The position numbers and the translations under genes were made by a program. Source: an uncultured Chloroflexia bacterium (GTDB lineage Bacteria > Chloroflexota > Limnocylindria > QHBO01). Taken from it: 64,000 nt of DNA. Shown piece by piece: positions 18,755-28,480 of the stretch; within the stretch, counting starts at the first letter, position 1; each line of letters begins with the position of its first letter. The DNA lies in the NCBI GenBank assembly GCA_963825525.1, contig CAWGTN010000002.1:192001-256000 (forward strand), in the 5' to 3' direction. A model generated the notes under the pieces. It was not told where the DNA came from, did not search any database, and was given only the letters and a program-made list of their open reading frames with translations.

Positions 18755-21302
18755 CTAGGGCCCCTGGGCGCGCTCGTCCGGCGGGGGACCACTTTCGGGC
18801 AGGGACTCCTGCTGGCCCGGCATCGGCGGGGCGATGAGCGGGTCCTCCCACTGCGTGGGCATCGGCGACTCGGCCGGCGCCGTCGGATCGGCTGACTCCT
18901 GGAGGATGCCGGCTTCGGCGGAGCGCATCGTCACGTCGCCAGCCTGCAGGCTCGCGGTGCCCGAGGCGCTGATCGGCAGCCAGAAGCCCGTCAGCGGGCC
19001 GTTGACGAGCAGGACCGCCAGCTGCCCGTTGATCTTGGCGCGAACCGTGTAGTTCCAGGTGGTCGCCGCCGTGGAGACCTGCTTCGAGCCGGTGATGACG
19101 CCCGATGCGTCGAAGGCGTACCCCGTCCGCGTGCCGGACCCGACCTGCACGGGGCGAGCCCAGTAGTAGGTGAGCCGATCGACGAAGCCGCGCGCATAGG
19201 CGCGGGATGATTCACGCACCCAGAGGCCGTCGAAGTAGCCGCCGCTCATGGCGAACCAGATCCCGTTGCCCGGTCGAATCCATCCGTACGGGACCGTCCG
19301 CTGGTCGTATGGGGCGTTGCTGGACGAGCCGAACGACGTTCGGCGCACCGCGCTGCCGCTCCCGCTGCTGTCGAATCGGTAGCCGGTGTGCTCCCCGGGC
19401 AGGAAGACCACCGAACCGCGCAGGCGGTAGTCCGGGTTATCGGCGGTGAAGGCATCGGCCAGTCGGGCGAAGGTCTCGCTGGCCGTGTAGCGGTGCAGCT
19501 GGACGAACTGTCCGATGTGGGTCAGGTGATAGCTCGACGTTCGCACCTTGCGATCCAGGCAGCTCTGGGCGATGCAGTAGTGGCTGATGCCGCCCGGGAC
19601 CCGAACCGTGCCCGACACGCGGGCGGCTGGTCGTGATTGCGCCCAGGGTGAGCAGCTCGGCGTCGCGGCTGCCGGTGATTCGCCAGTAGTCGTAGAGCCC
19701 GTACGTCGCGAAGTTGTGGCCGTTGTACGTGTGGTCGTACGGTGTCCACGGGTACTCCTCGAACCACAGCAGCCCGTTGTCGACGACCGTCACCCACGGC
19801 GCGCCGGCCTGGCGGGAGATGAGGAACGAGCGGTACGTCTGGTCGGCGGCATCTCGCCACTTCTGCTCGCCGGTGAGCTCCCACAGGCGCACGAAGCCGC
19901 TCAGGGCCACCCCCTGGGCCATGCCGGAGTACCACGGGGCCTTCATGGTTCCGCGCCCGTGGAGCGCGTAGTCGAACCCGTACGGGAAGAAGATGGCTCC
20001 CCCGTGTCGCACGGCACGCTTCAGGAGCCGATCGGCGTTGGCGACGGCGAGGTCGAGGTACTCCTGCCGCGGGTCGAGCCGATGGTTGCGCAGCATGTTG
20101 ACGACGTACTGCGCCTGGCCCACCGGGTGGTCATACCAGCGACCGTCGGTGTGGCGGTAGATGAACGCGCCCGACGAATCCCGGTCGCCGTAGGGCGCCA
20201 CGATCGTCGAGCCGTTGTACGCGAGCATGCTCTCGGGCACGGTCTGCAGCGTATGGGGATCGACATGGAACCGATGCGGGCCGACGCGGGCATCGGCGGT
20301 GGCAGCCTGGATCGGCGGGATGAGCACATCGGAGAGCGAGACCTGCCCACCGAGCAGGATGACCGATGCGGGGTCCAGACGGCCGAGCTCTGAAGCCGTC
20401 GAAGCGGGAAGGCTCGAACGCGTGGCCAGCAGCAGGGGAGCGCCCGCCATGGCGGCGGCTGGCGCGCCGGCCACCGCATCGGCGAATCCGAGGCCATTGG
20501 CAAGGAAGGTGGTCGAGGCGCGAGGAAACGCGCTGGCACTGACCGCGGCCGCGGTTGCGAACCGATCCGGCCCCGCCCGGCGCGTGACTGAGCCGGTGGT
20601 ATAGCGGTCGAGGGCCGCCACGACCGCGTCGCTCACCACGCTCCGACCGCCGACAACCACGATCTTGGCCGGACGCAGTCGAGACAGCTCGGTGCGGACG
20701 GAGGCGGGAAGGTCGTTCGTATCGACCAGCAGCACCGGTCCACCGGCCGCGGACGCAGCAGGACCGGCGCTGAGAGCGTCGGGGAACACCCGGCCAGTCG
20801 CGATGTAGGCGACCGGAACGCCGCCACCGAAGTGCCGTGCGCTGATGAGCGCCGCGGTGGCATAGCGGTCCGCGCCCGCGAGCCGCGTCACCTGACCCGC
20901 GGTGTAGGCGGCGAGCTGCTCGGCGACCGCGTCGGAAACGACGGTTCGGCCTCCGAGGATCACGATCTCGCTCGGCTTCAATCGTGTGAGCTCATCCCGG
21001 GTCGGCTGTGGGATCGAGCGAGGCGCGGTGAGGAGGATGGGCGCGTCACGGCTGGCTGCCGCGGGACCTCCGGCCAGGGAGTCGGGGAAATCGAGCCCGG
21101 TGGCAACGAACGCGACCTCGACGCCCGGGACGGCAATGCTTCGGCTGATGGCTGCGGCGGTCGCGTAGCGATCCGGTCCGGCGAGCCGCGTGATGGCGGC
21201 GGGCGTTGCCTCCGCGGGAGGCGGCGGCGCCGTCAGCAGCCCGGCACCTGCGACGAGGGCTGCCAGCAGCAGTCTCGCGCCCCGTGACCTGGTTCTCCCC
21301 AT
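18755..21302 (-). CDS. Secreted protein: 3x cell-wall-binding repeat 2 + D-glucuronyl C5-epimerase-like domain + C-terminal repeats; frameshift near 19625
   Basis: Signal peptide ending AEA; RLAGPDRYATA-type repeat x3; PWYSGMAQG, FEEYP, NGH and YHLTH motifs. Confidence 0.82.
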
Positions 21303-21424
21303 CCCCACTGATCCTCCCCTCGGGCCAGGAGCCGGCCCACGCGCAGGATACCTCCCGGCGCCGCGGTGGAGCGCAGTCACGCGTGCTGCGACTACCCTTG
21401 TCGGCGGGGCGCTGTGCTGACGGC

Positions 21425-21508
21425 GCCGGAGTGGCGGAATGGCAGACGCAGCCGGCTTAAACCCGGCGGCCGCAAGGCGTGGGGGTTCGAGTCCCTCCTC
21501 CGGCACCA
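21425..21508 (+). tRNA. tRNA-Leu(TAA)
   Basis: Anticodon arm gccgg-ctTAAac-ccggc; long variable arm; CCA. Confidence 0.96.
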
Positions 21509-21541
21509 AGCCGCAGTCGGCCGGCGCATCAGCCGCACGGC

Positions 21542-22771
21542 CTACTTGCGGCTGAAGATGCTCCGCCGCGCGGGCTTGGCGGCGGTCGGCGCATGCTGCT
21601 CGATCCCGATGACAGCCTGGGCGAGGCGGTGCATTGCCAGCGTGGCCGGCGATGCCGGGCGGCCGATGACGAGGGGCACCCCCTCGTTCACGGATCGAAT
21701 CATGTCGACCTCGGTGTACGGGATCTCGGCGGCTGGCTTCGCCCGCAGCAGATTCTCGACATCACGCGTCTTGAGAAGCTCCTTCGGGAAGACATGGTTG
21801 ACCACGATCGAGGTCCTGGCCCTGAGTGGCGTCGTGTCCGCCAGGAACGCGAGCAGCAGGCTCATGGACCGAAGCGCCGCGATCTCCGGGAAGAGGACGA
21901 ACACGTTGGCATCGGCATGCTCGAGCATGGCAACCGAGCGCGGATCGACCCGGCTCCCAAGGTCCACCACCACGTAGTGGAACTCGGATCGGAGGAGCGA
22001 CATGATCCGTTCGACATGGTCCACGGTCACGCGGAAGTCCGCCTCGGGGCGCGCCGGCGCGGCAAGGACGGTCAGGCCGGAGGAGTGCGGCGTGAGGTAC
22101 TGGCGGGCCTGGTCGAGGTCGGTCAGCGCCGGCTCATCGGCGACAAAGCCGTCGATGGCGTACCTGGGTGTCAGGTTGAGGTGGGTCGCCACCTGGCCGA
22201 ACTGAAGGTCGAGGTCGATCAGCAGCACGCGCGACACCGGGATCGGCGGCGCCGCTGTCCGTGAGGACGCCGGTGGTGGCGTCGCGCCGCCTGCCAGCAA
22301 CACGGCCGTGTTCACCGCGAGGGTGGTGGTCCCGACCCCGCCCTTGGGACTGAAGAAGGTGATGACCTCCGCGCCACCCGTCTTCGACGAGGCCTCGGCC
22401 TGCACCTTGCCCGCCCGGATGAGCTGAGCCATCACCCGGCCCTCGAGCTCGCTCGGCGCGAACGATCCGGCCATCACGTCATCGGCGCCCGCCTCCAGGA
22501 ACGCGATTCGGGCCTCCACGTCGTGCGCCGGGGCCACCACCAGGATCGGGACGACACCATTGTTGCCCGCGGTCCGGAGCGACGAGATCGCGCCAGAGGT
22601 CGCGAGGCCCTCGGCCACGATGAGGTCGAAGTTGCGGCCACGCATGGCGGCCACGGCATCAGCCGGTGAGCCGACCGAGGCGGTCTGGAAGCCCGCGGCG
22701 CCCAGCGCCGATTCGAGCGTCTCGCGCAGACCCGTTTCGCGGGCACAGATCAAGATGGGGTTCGACGGCAT
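21542..22771 (-). CDS. CpaE/TadZ-like protein: receiver-like domain + MinD/ParA ATPase
   Basis: AFLEAGADD receiver fold; SPKGGVGTTT; LIDLDLQFG; VNEGVP. Confidence 0.85.
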   Translation of the reverse strand: MPSNPILICARETGLRETLESALGAAGFQTASVGSPADAVAAMRGRNFDLIVAEGLATSGAISSLRTAGNNGVVPILVVAPAHDVEARIAFLEAGADDVMAGSFAPSELEGRVMAQLIRAGKVQAEASSKTGGAEVITFFSPKGGVGTTTLAVNTAVLLAGGATPPPASSRTAAPPIPVSRVLLIDLDLQFGQVATHLNLTPRYAIDGFVADEPALTDLDQARQYLTPHSSGLTVLAAPARPEADFRVTVDHVERIMSLLRSEFHYVVVDLGSRVDPRSVAMLEHADANVFVLFPEIAALRSMSLLLAFLADTTPLRARTSIVVNHVFPKELLKTRDVENLLRAKPAAEIPYTEVDMIRSVNEGVPLVIGRPASPATLAMHRLAQAVIGIEQHAPTAAKPARRSIFSRK

Positions 22772-22888
22772 GGCCTTCGACGAGCGGGTTGGACTGGTGG
22801 AGTATACGGAACCGGCTGTCGTTGCCACGATGGGCTATTCGGGGCTATACTTCCTGGGCGCCTCCCGGATCGGGGGGCGTGGTTCATG

Positions 22889-22962
22889 TTCATCCCTGAG
22901 CCCCTCCCTGCCGCATCGACGACGCTCGTCGGCGATGTCGCAATCCCAGAGAGAGGAGGACG
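22889..22962 (+). promoter_or_regulatory. Probable S6:S18 autoregulatory leader
   Basis: Structured leader with CCC tracts able to pair with the GAGAGGAGG SD region directly before rpsF; TATACT -10 near 22846. Confidence 0.5.
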
Positions 22963-22971
22963 ACGCCACCC

Positions 22972-23580
22972 ATGCGCCGTTACGAACTCATGCTTCTGCT
23001 CAGCCCTGACCTGGAGGACGACAAGCTCCAGGCAGCGGTCGAGAAGGTCACCCGCGCGATTGTCAATGCAGGCGGAAGCCTCAGCAAGGTTTCGCCGTGG
23101 GGCAAGCGACGCCTCGCCTACGACATCCAGCGCCACCGCGATGCCAGCTACTTCCTCATTCACTTCGACGTGGAGCCGTCAGCCGTGCGCGAGATCGAGC
23201 GCGGAATGCTGATCAGCGAGGAGATCCTGCGTCACCTCGTGACCGTGCTCGAAGATCGCGGTCCGGCCGAGGAGCTCGCTCCTGCCGCCGCAGCCCGCGG
23301 AGAAATCGATGGGGATGACGACGGCTCGTCGCGTGACGATGTGCCGGCGCAGTCTCCGGAGGCACGTGTTGCCCAGTCCGACGATGGCGCAGCCCCCGAG
23401 CCGGCAGCCCCTGCCCCCGACCCGGTGACCAGTGAGCCGGTTGAGGACGAAGCGACCGAAGCCGAGCCAACGCCGGACGAGCCGGCCGCAGCCGAGCCGG
23501 CCGCCGATGCCGAACCGGTCGAGTCGCCAGAGGCGGAGGCCGTCGCGGCGACCTCCGAGGAGCGCAGCGGCGAGGCCTGA
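22972..23580 (+). CDS. rpsF: 30S ribosomal protein S6 with long acidic C-terminal tail
   Basis: MRRYELM, WGKRRLAYDI, ILRHL. Confidence 0.96.
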   Translation: MRRYELMLLLSPDLEDDKLQAAVEKVTRAIVNAGGSLSKVSPWGKRRLAYDIQRHRDASYFLIHFDVEPSAVREIERGMLISEEILRHLVTVLEDRGPAEELAPAAAARGEIDGDDDGSSRDDVPAQSPEARVAQSDDGAAPEPAAPAPDPVTSEPVEDEATEAEPTPDEPAAAEPAADAEPVESPEAEAVAATSEERSGEA

Positions 23581-23605
23581 GCCGCCCCGCCAGAAAGGAG
23601 CCGAC

Positions 23606-24070
23606 ATGACACTCAACAAGATGATGATCATCGGCAATCTCGGAGCCGATCCCGAGCTGCGCTACACGCCCAGCGGCAAGGCGGTCACCGACCTGCGCGT
23701 CGCCGTGAACAACAACCAGCGCGGCCCGGACGGCGAGTGGGTCGAGGAGACCCTCTGGTTCCGGGTGAGCGTGTGGGAGCAGGCAGCCGAGAGGCTGGCC
23801 GAGCAGCTGCGCAAGGGCAACAAGGTGTTCGCCGAGGGACAGCTCCGGGTACGCGAGTTCGACGGCCGGGACGGCGAGAAGCGCCAGTCGCTCGAGCTTG
23901 CATTCGCGCGCGTCGTGAACCTCGAGCGCCGTCCGCGTGACGAGGAGGGCGGATCGGGCGGTGGCAGCTACGAGAATGCCCCGCCTGCAGTCAAGCCCCG
24001 CGGCGCCGGCGAGCAACCGCGCTCGAACGCCCCCGGCGCCGAGATGGACGTCGACGACATTCCCTTCTAG
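23606..24070 (+). CDS. ssb: Single-stranded DNA-binding protein
   Basis: NKMMIIGNLGADPELRYT; C-terminal DDIPF; AAAGGAG SD. Confidence 0.97.
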   Translation: MTLNKMMIIGNLGADPELRYTPSGKAVTDLRVAVNNNQRGPDGEWVEETLWFRVSVWEQAAERLAEQLRKGNKVFAEGQLRVREFDGRDGEKRQSLELAFARVVNLERRPRDEEGGSGGGSYENAPPAVKPRGAGEQPRSNAPGAEMDVDDIPF

Positions 24071-24100
24071 ATACCAGACCACGAGGATCGATACCGCATC

Positions 24101-24370
24101 ATGGCCAGCCCCCGATCCCGCCGCGAGTCGGCGGACTACTACCGCGACCGACGTCGCCGCAAGGTGTGCAACTTCTGCGTCGACAAGGCAGAGAGCATCG
24201 ACTACAAGGAGGTCAACCGCCTCCGCCGATACCTGAGCGAGCGCGCGAAGATCGAGCCGCGGCGCAAGACCGGAACCTGCGCCCGACACCAGCGCATGCT
24301 GACGACCGCGCTGAAGCGTGCTCGTCACGTCGCACTCCTGCCGTACGCCCCGCAGCACCTGCGACCGTAG
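24101..24370 (+). CDS. rpsR: 30S ribosomal protein S18 (Zn-binding type)
   Basis: [26 protein letters not shown]. Confidence 0.97.
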   Translation: MASPRSRRESADYYRDRRRRKVCNFCVDKAESIDYKEVNRLRRYLSERAKIEPRRKTGTCARHQRMLTTALKRARHVALLPYAPQHLRP

Positions 24371-24429
24371 CGCGGAGCGCCGCCCCGTGGTGAGTTGACG
24401 CTCGTCCACGGGTCGGCGACACTCGCCCG

Positions 24430-24533
24430 GCCCGAGGGGGAGTACCCCACCCAGGCGTCATCGTCAGGACGGCGTGCATGCACGCTCGGTGATGCCGGCC
24501 GGCCCACGTGGAGGTCGGGAGAGACCTTCGGCC
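24430..24533 (+). ncRNA. yybP-ykoY (Mn2+) riboswitch
   Basis: ccgaGGGGGAGTA...tCGTCAggAC...GAGACCTTcgg hallmark segments; upstream of a cation transporter; promoter TTGACG-17-GACACT at 24395-24423. Confidence 0.85.
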
Positions 24534-24569
24534 ATACATCGACCCGGCCAAGAAGAGGTACCCCGACCC

Positions 24570-25688
24570 GTGGACATCGTCCTGCTCATCGGCTCGCTGG
24601 CAATCATCCTGGTTGCCGCCGAGCTGTTCACCAACGGCATCGAGTGGCTCGGCCACAAGCTCAAGCTGGCCGAGGGTGCAGTCGGCAGCGTGCTCGCGGC
24701 TGTGGCGACCGCCATGCCCGAGACGCTCATCCCGGTCATCGCCATCCTGGGACCGGTGATCGTGGGCGGGACCGCATCCGAGAGCGCACAGGCGGTGGGC
24801 GTGGGCGCGATCCTTGGTGCGCCGTTCATGCTCTCCACGCTCGCCATGTTCGTGACGGGCACTGCGATCGTCATCTTCGCCCGTCGTGGACGGCGGGGGA
24901 CGGACATGCGGATCAACACGCGCGTCCTTGGCCGTGACGTCGCGTTCTTCGTTGTCGGCTACGGCATCGCGATCGGCACCGCATTCCTCCCCGCGGAACT
25001 TTCATGGCTGAAGTGGGTCGCGGCCGTGACGCTCTTCGTCCTCTACGCGGTCTACGTGCGGCTTCACTTCACCGATACCGCCGAGGAGAGCGATCCCGAG
25101 GACCTCAATAAGCTGCATCTCACCCGTATGCCGCCGCTGAACACCAAGCGGATGCTCGAGATCGACGCCCTGCCGGGCGCACACTCCGTGACCGGCGGCG
25201 AGCCGAGGATGGGAATCGTCATCGGCCAGGTCGTCCTGGCGCTGGGGTTGATCATCGTGGGAGCGCAGGTCTTCGTGGGCGCGGTCGAGCACCTGTCGGA
25301 GGTCATCGGGCTCGACCCGACCATCCTGGCCCTCATCATCGCCCCCATCGCCACCGAGCTGCCCGAGAAGTTCAACAGCGTGCTGTGGGTGCGCAACGGC
25401 AAGGACACGCTGGCCATGGGCAACATCACCGGCGCCATGGTCTTCCAGAGCGCGATTCCCACCGTGCTCGGCCTGCTGTTCACCTCGTGGACGTTCAGCG
25501 GTGACAGTGCCATCCACTTCGCGTCGGCGGCCGTGGCCTTCGCTGCGACGTTCCTCATCTTCGGCGGCATGATCCTGCGCGGGAAGCTCACGGCGTGGTG
25601 GCTGCTCATCGGCGGCCCTCTCTACATCGTGTACATCTACCTTGCGCTGTTCACCGATCTGGGAGCGTCTGCCTCGCCGATCCACTGA
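24570..25688 (+). CDS. Sodium:calcium exchanger (CaCA, YrbG-like) family transporter
   Basis: Alpha-repeats ATAMPE and ATELPE, GNITGA, about 10 TM segments. Confidence 0.9.
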   Translation: MDIVLLIGSLAIILVAAELFTNGIEWLGHKLKLAEGAVGSVLAAVATAMPETLIPVIAILGPVIVGGTASESAQAVGVGAILGAPFMLSTLAMFVTGTAIVIFARRGRRGTDMRINTRVLGRDVAFFVVGYGIAIGTAFLPAELSWLKWVAAVTLFVLYAVYVRLHFTDTAEESDPEDLNKLHLTRMPPLNTKRMLEIDALPGAHSVTGGEPRMGIVIGQVVLALGLIIVGAQVFVGAVEHLSEVIGLDPTILALIIAPIATELPEKFNSVLWVRNGKDTLAMGNITGAMVFQSAIPTVLGLLFTSWTFSGDSAIHFASAAVAFAATFLIFGGMILRGKLTAWWLLIGGPLYIVYIYLALFTDLGASASPIH

Positions 25689-25780
25689 CGCCCGACGGCC
25701 GGGTGATCGAAGCCGCGGCTATACTGACTCGCGCCGATTCAGTCCGTCCGGCACCGATCTCGAACCTGGAGGCAACCAGC

Positions 25781-26743
25781 TTGTTGGAGCAGGAGAACCG
25801 CGCCCACGGTGCGACGGTGGAGACCACCGCCGAGCTCTGGGCGTTCTTCCGCGGGAACTTCGTGCCGCTGCGCGACGCGAACATCAACGTCATGACCCAT
25901 GCCTTCAACTACGGGACGGCGGTGTTTGAGGGCGTCCGGGCATACTGGAACGCCGACGAGGAGCAGCTGTTCGCTCTCGAGCTGCTCCCGCACTTCGAGC
26001 GCATCAGGGCCTCTGCGCGACTCCTGATGATGGAGATCCCGCAGTCTCCGCAGGAGCTTGCCGACATCACGCTCGAGCTCCTCCGGCGCGACGGCCTGCG
26101 CGAGGACGTCTATCTGCGCCCGATCATCTACAAGAGCTCCGAGACGATCGGCGTCCGCCTCCACAACCTCGACGCTGACATCACGATCTTCGGGGTTCCG
26201 TTCGGCCAGTACATCGACACCGAGGGTGGCATTCGCGCCCAGGTCAGCAGCTGGCGCCGGACCGATGACAACGCCATTCCGGCGCGCGGCAAGATCACCG
26301 GTGCCTACGTGAACGGGGCCCTCGCGAAGAGCGAGGCACAGCTCAACGGCTTCGATGAGGCCATCGTCCTGACCTCCGACGGCCACGTCAGCGAGGGCAG
26401 CGCCGAGAACCTGTTCATCGTGCGCAACGGCGTGCTCGTCACGCCGCCGGTCACCGACAACATCCTCGAGGGCATCACGCGACGGCGGCTCATCGACATC
26501 GCACGCGGGGACCTCTCGCTCGAGGTCGTCGAACGAAGCATCGACCGAACGGAGCTCTACGGTGCCGACGAAGTGTTCCTGTGCGGGACCGGGGCGCAGA
26601 TCAGCCCGGTGATCGAGATCGACCGACGGCAGGTCGGCAGCGGACGGCCGGGCCAGGTGACGCGGGACGTCTCGCGAATCTACTTCGACGCGGTCCGTGG
26701 CAAGGTGCCTGCATATCGTGACTGGCTGACTCCCGTCTACTGA
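25781..26743 (+). CDS. ilvE: Branched-chain amino acid aminotransferase
   Basis: YGTAVFEGVRAY, KITGAY, SEGSAEN, ILEGITR, EVFLCGT. Confidence 0.95.
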   Translation: MLEQENRAHGATVETTAELWAFFRGNFVPLRDANINVMTHAFNYGTAVFEGVRAYWNADEEQLFALELLPHFERIRASARLLMMEIPQSPQELADITLELLRRDGLREDVYLRPIIYKSSETIGVRLHNLDADITIFGVPFGQYIDTEGGIRAQVSSWRRTDDNAIPARGKITGAYVNGALAKSEAQLNGFDEAIVLTSDGHVSEGSAENLFIVRNGVLVTPPVTDNILEGITRRRLIDIARGDLSLEVVERSIDRTELYGADEVFLCGTGAQISPVIEIDRRQVGSGRPGQVTRDVSRIYFDAVRGKVPAYRDWLTPVY

Positions 26744-26804
26744 GCAGGCCAGCGCGGCGGATCGGCATCGGCGCCACCGGCCGCCGGCCGGATCGAACGA
26801 CACC

Positions 26805-28476
26805 ATGACAACGCCGGACAACCAGGATCGCCTCCGTTGGCTCAGCCGCGTTCTCGAGATGGTGCCCGGCACCATCTCGTGGGCGATCCTCATCCTGCCC
26901 CTCTGGCTCAGCTTCAGCTACCCGTGGCTGGTCGCCTACTTCGTCCTGAGCTTCGACTTCTACTGGCTCTGCCGCGCCCTGTGGTTCAGCGGTGCGGTCA
27001 TCGTGGCCCACCGACGGATCCGTGACGTGACCGATACCGATTGGGGCGAACGTCTCACGGCGCTCATCGACCCCGCGGCGCGTCGAGCCGAGCTCGCCCA
27101 GTTGCTTGCCGCCGATGGACCGCCCGTTTCCGGCCATGCCCTGGGCGTCGTGGCCGGGCCCGGTGCGGGGGACCGGCGCGGCGACAGTGCGCCGCATTCG
27201 CCAGGAGATCCGGGACCTCGAGGCGGTCGAGGCATTGCCCGAGCCACCTCCCTCGGCCGATGACCTCGTTCACCTGGCGCTCATCCCGACCTACACCGAG
27301 TCGCTCGAAAAGCTGCGGTACACGGTCCGTGCACTCGCCGAGGCAGCGTGGCCGGTGGAGCGGAAGATCTGCGCCATCATCACCCGGGAGACGGACGAGG
27401 GTGGGATCGAGAACGTCAAGGCGCTGCAAGCCGAGTTCGGCGACGCGTTCGCCGAGTTCATCCACATCCTCGATCCGCTCGAGCCCGGCATCGTGGTCGG
27501 AAAGAGCAGCGCGATGGCCTGGGGAGGGCGGTATCTCTATCGCAAGCTCGTACGCGAACGCGGGATGGACCCGCATCGGATCATCGTCACCGACCTGGAT
27601 GCCGACTACCGAGTGCATCCGCAGTACTTCGCCTACCTGACCTGGGTGCACCTGACGGACCCGAACCGGGAGACGCAGCTCTACCAGCCGATCCCGTACT
27701 TCCATAACAACATCTGGCAGGCCCCGATGCTCCAACGGCTGTTTGCCGCCGTGCTGACCCAGCTGCAGATGTGGAGGAGCGTGCTCCCGGAGAAGCTCCA
27801 GAGCTTCGGCTCCTACTCAACCACGCTCAACCTCGTCCACGATGTCGGGTACTGGGCCACCGACGCGATCCCGGAGGACAGCCGCTTCTACTGGAAGAGC
27901 TACTTCCGCTACGGAGATCGGTTCCGGGCCGTGCCCCTGTTCATCCCGATCTACGGGGATGCCGTTCGGGCCCGGGGCTACTGGCGCAGCATGGCCGAGC
28001 AATACCTCCAGGCTCGTCGCTGGGCGTGGGGAGTGACGGACATCCCGTTCGTTGTGGACAACGCGGTGCGGCACGCGGAGATCCCCTGGGCGTCGCGCTT
28101 CTGGCGCGTCATCAACCTGTTCGGCGAGCACATCAACTGGGCAATTGCGCCGTTCGTGGTCACCTTCGGCGCGACGGTCCCGCTCCTCATCAACCCGGCG
28201 TTCGGCGAAACGACGCTCGGCCAGAATCTGCCGCTGTACGCCAGCGTCATGCTCTCGATCGCGCTCATCAGCCTCGCGGTGCTCATCGTGGTCGAGCATC
28301 GGATCGTGCCCCGGCGTCCGGCCGAATGGGGGTGGATGCAACGCGTCATGAGCTACCTGCAGTGGGTCGGGCTTCCCTTCGTCGGCATCATCTTCTCGAT
28401 GGTCCCGGCGCTCGATGCCCAGACGCGGCTCCTGACCGGCCGCTACCTCGAGTACAAGGTCACCGAGAAGGCGTGA
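26805..28476 (+). CDS. Membrane glycosyltransferase family 2, frameshift near 27170
   Basis: IPTYTE, GK, DLDAD, PED, QARRW; TM segments at both ends. Confidence 0.85.
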
Positions 28477-28480
28477 GCCG

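Noticed and set aside
18732-21508. Genomic island integrated at tRNA-Cys or tRNA-Leu
   Set aside because: No integrase; only an 8-nt match (ctccggca) to a tRNA end; composition looks like the flanks
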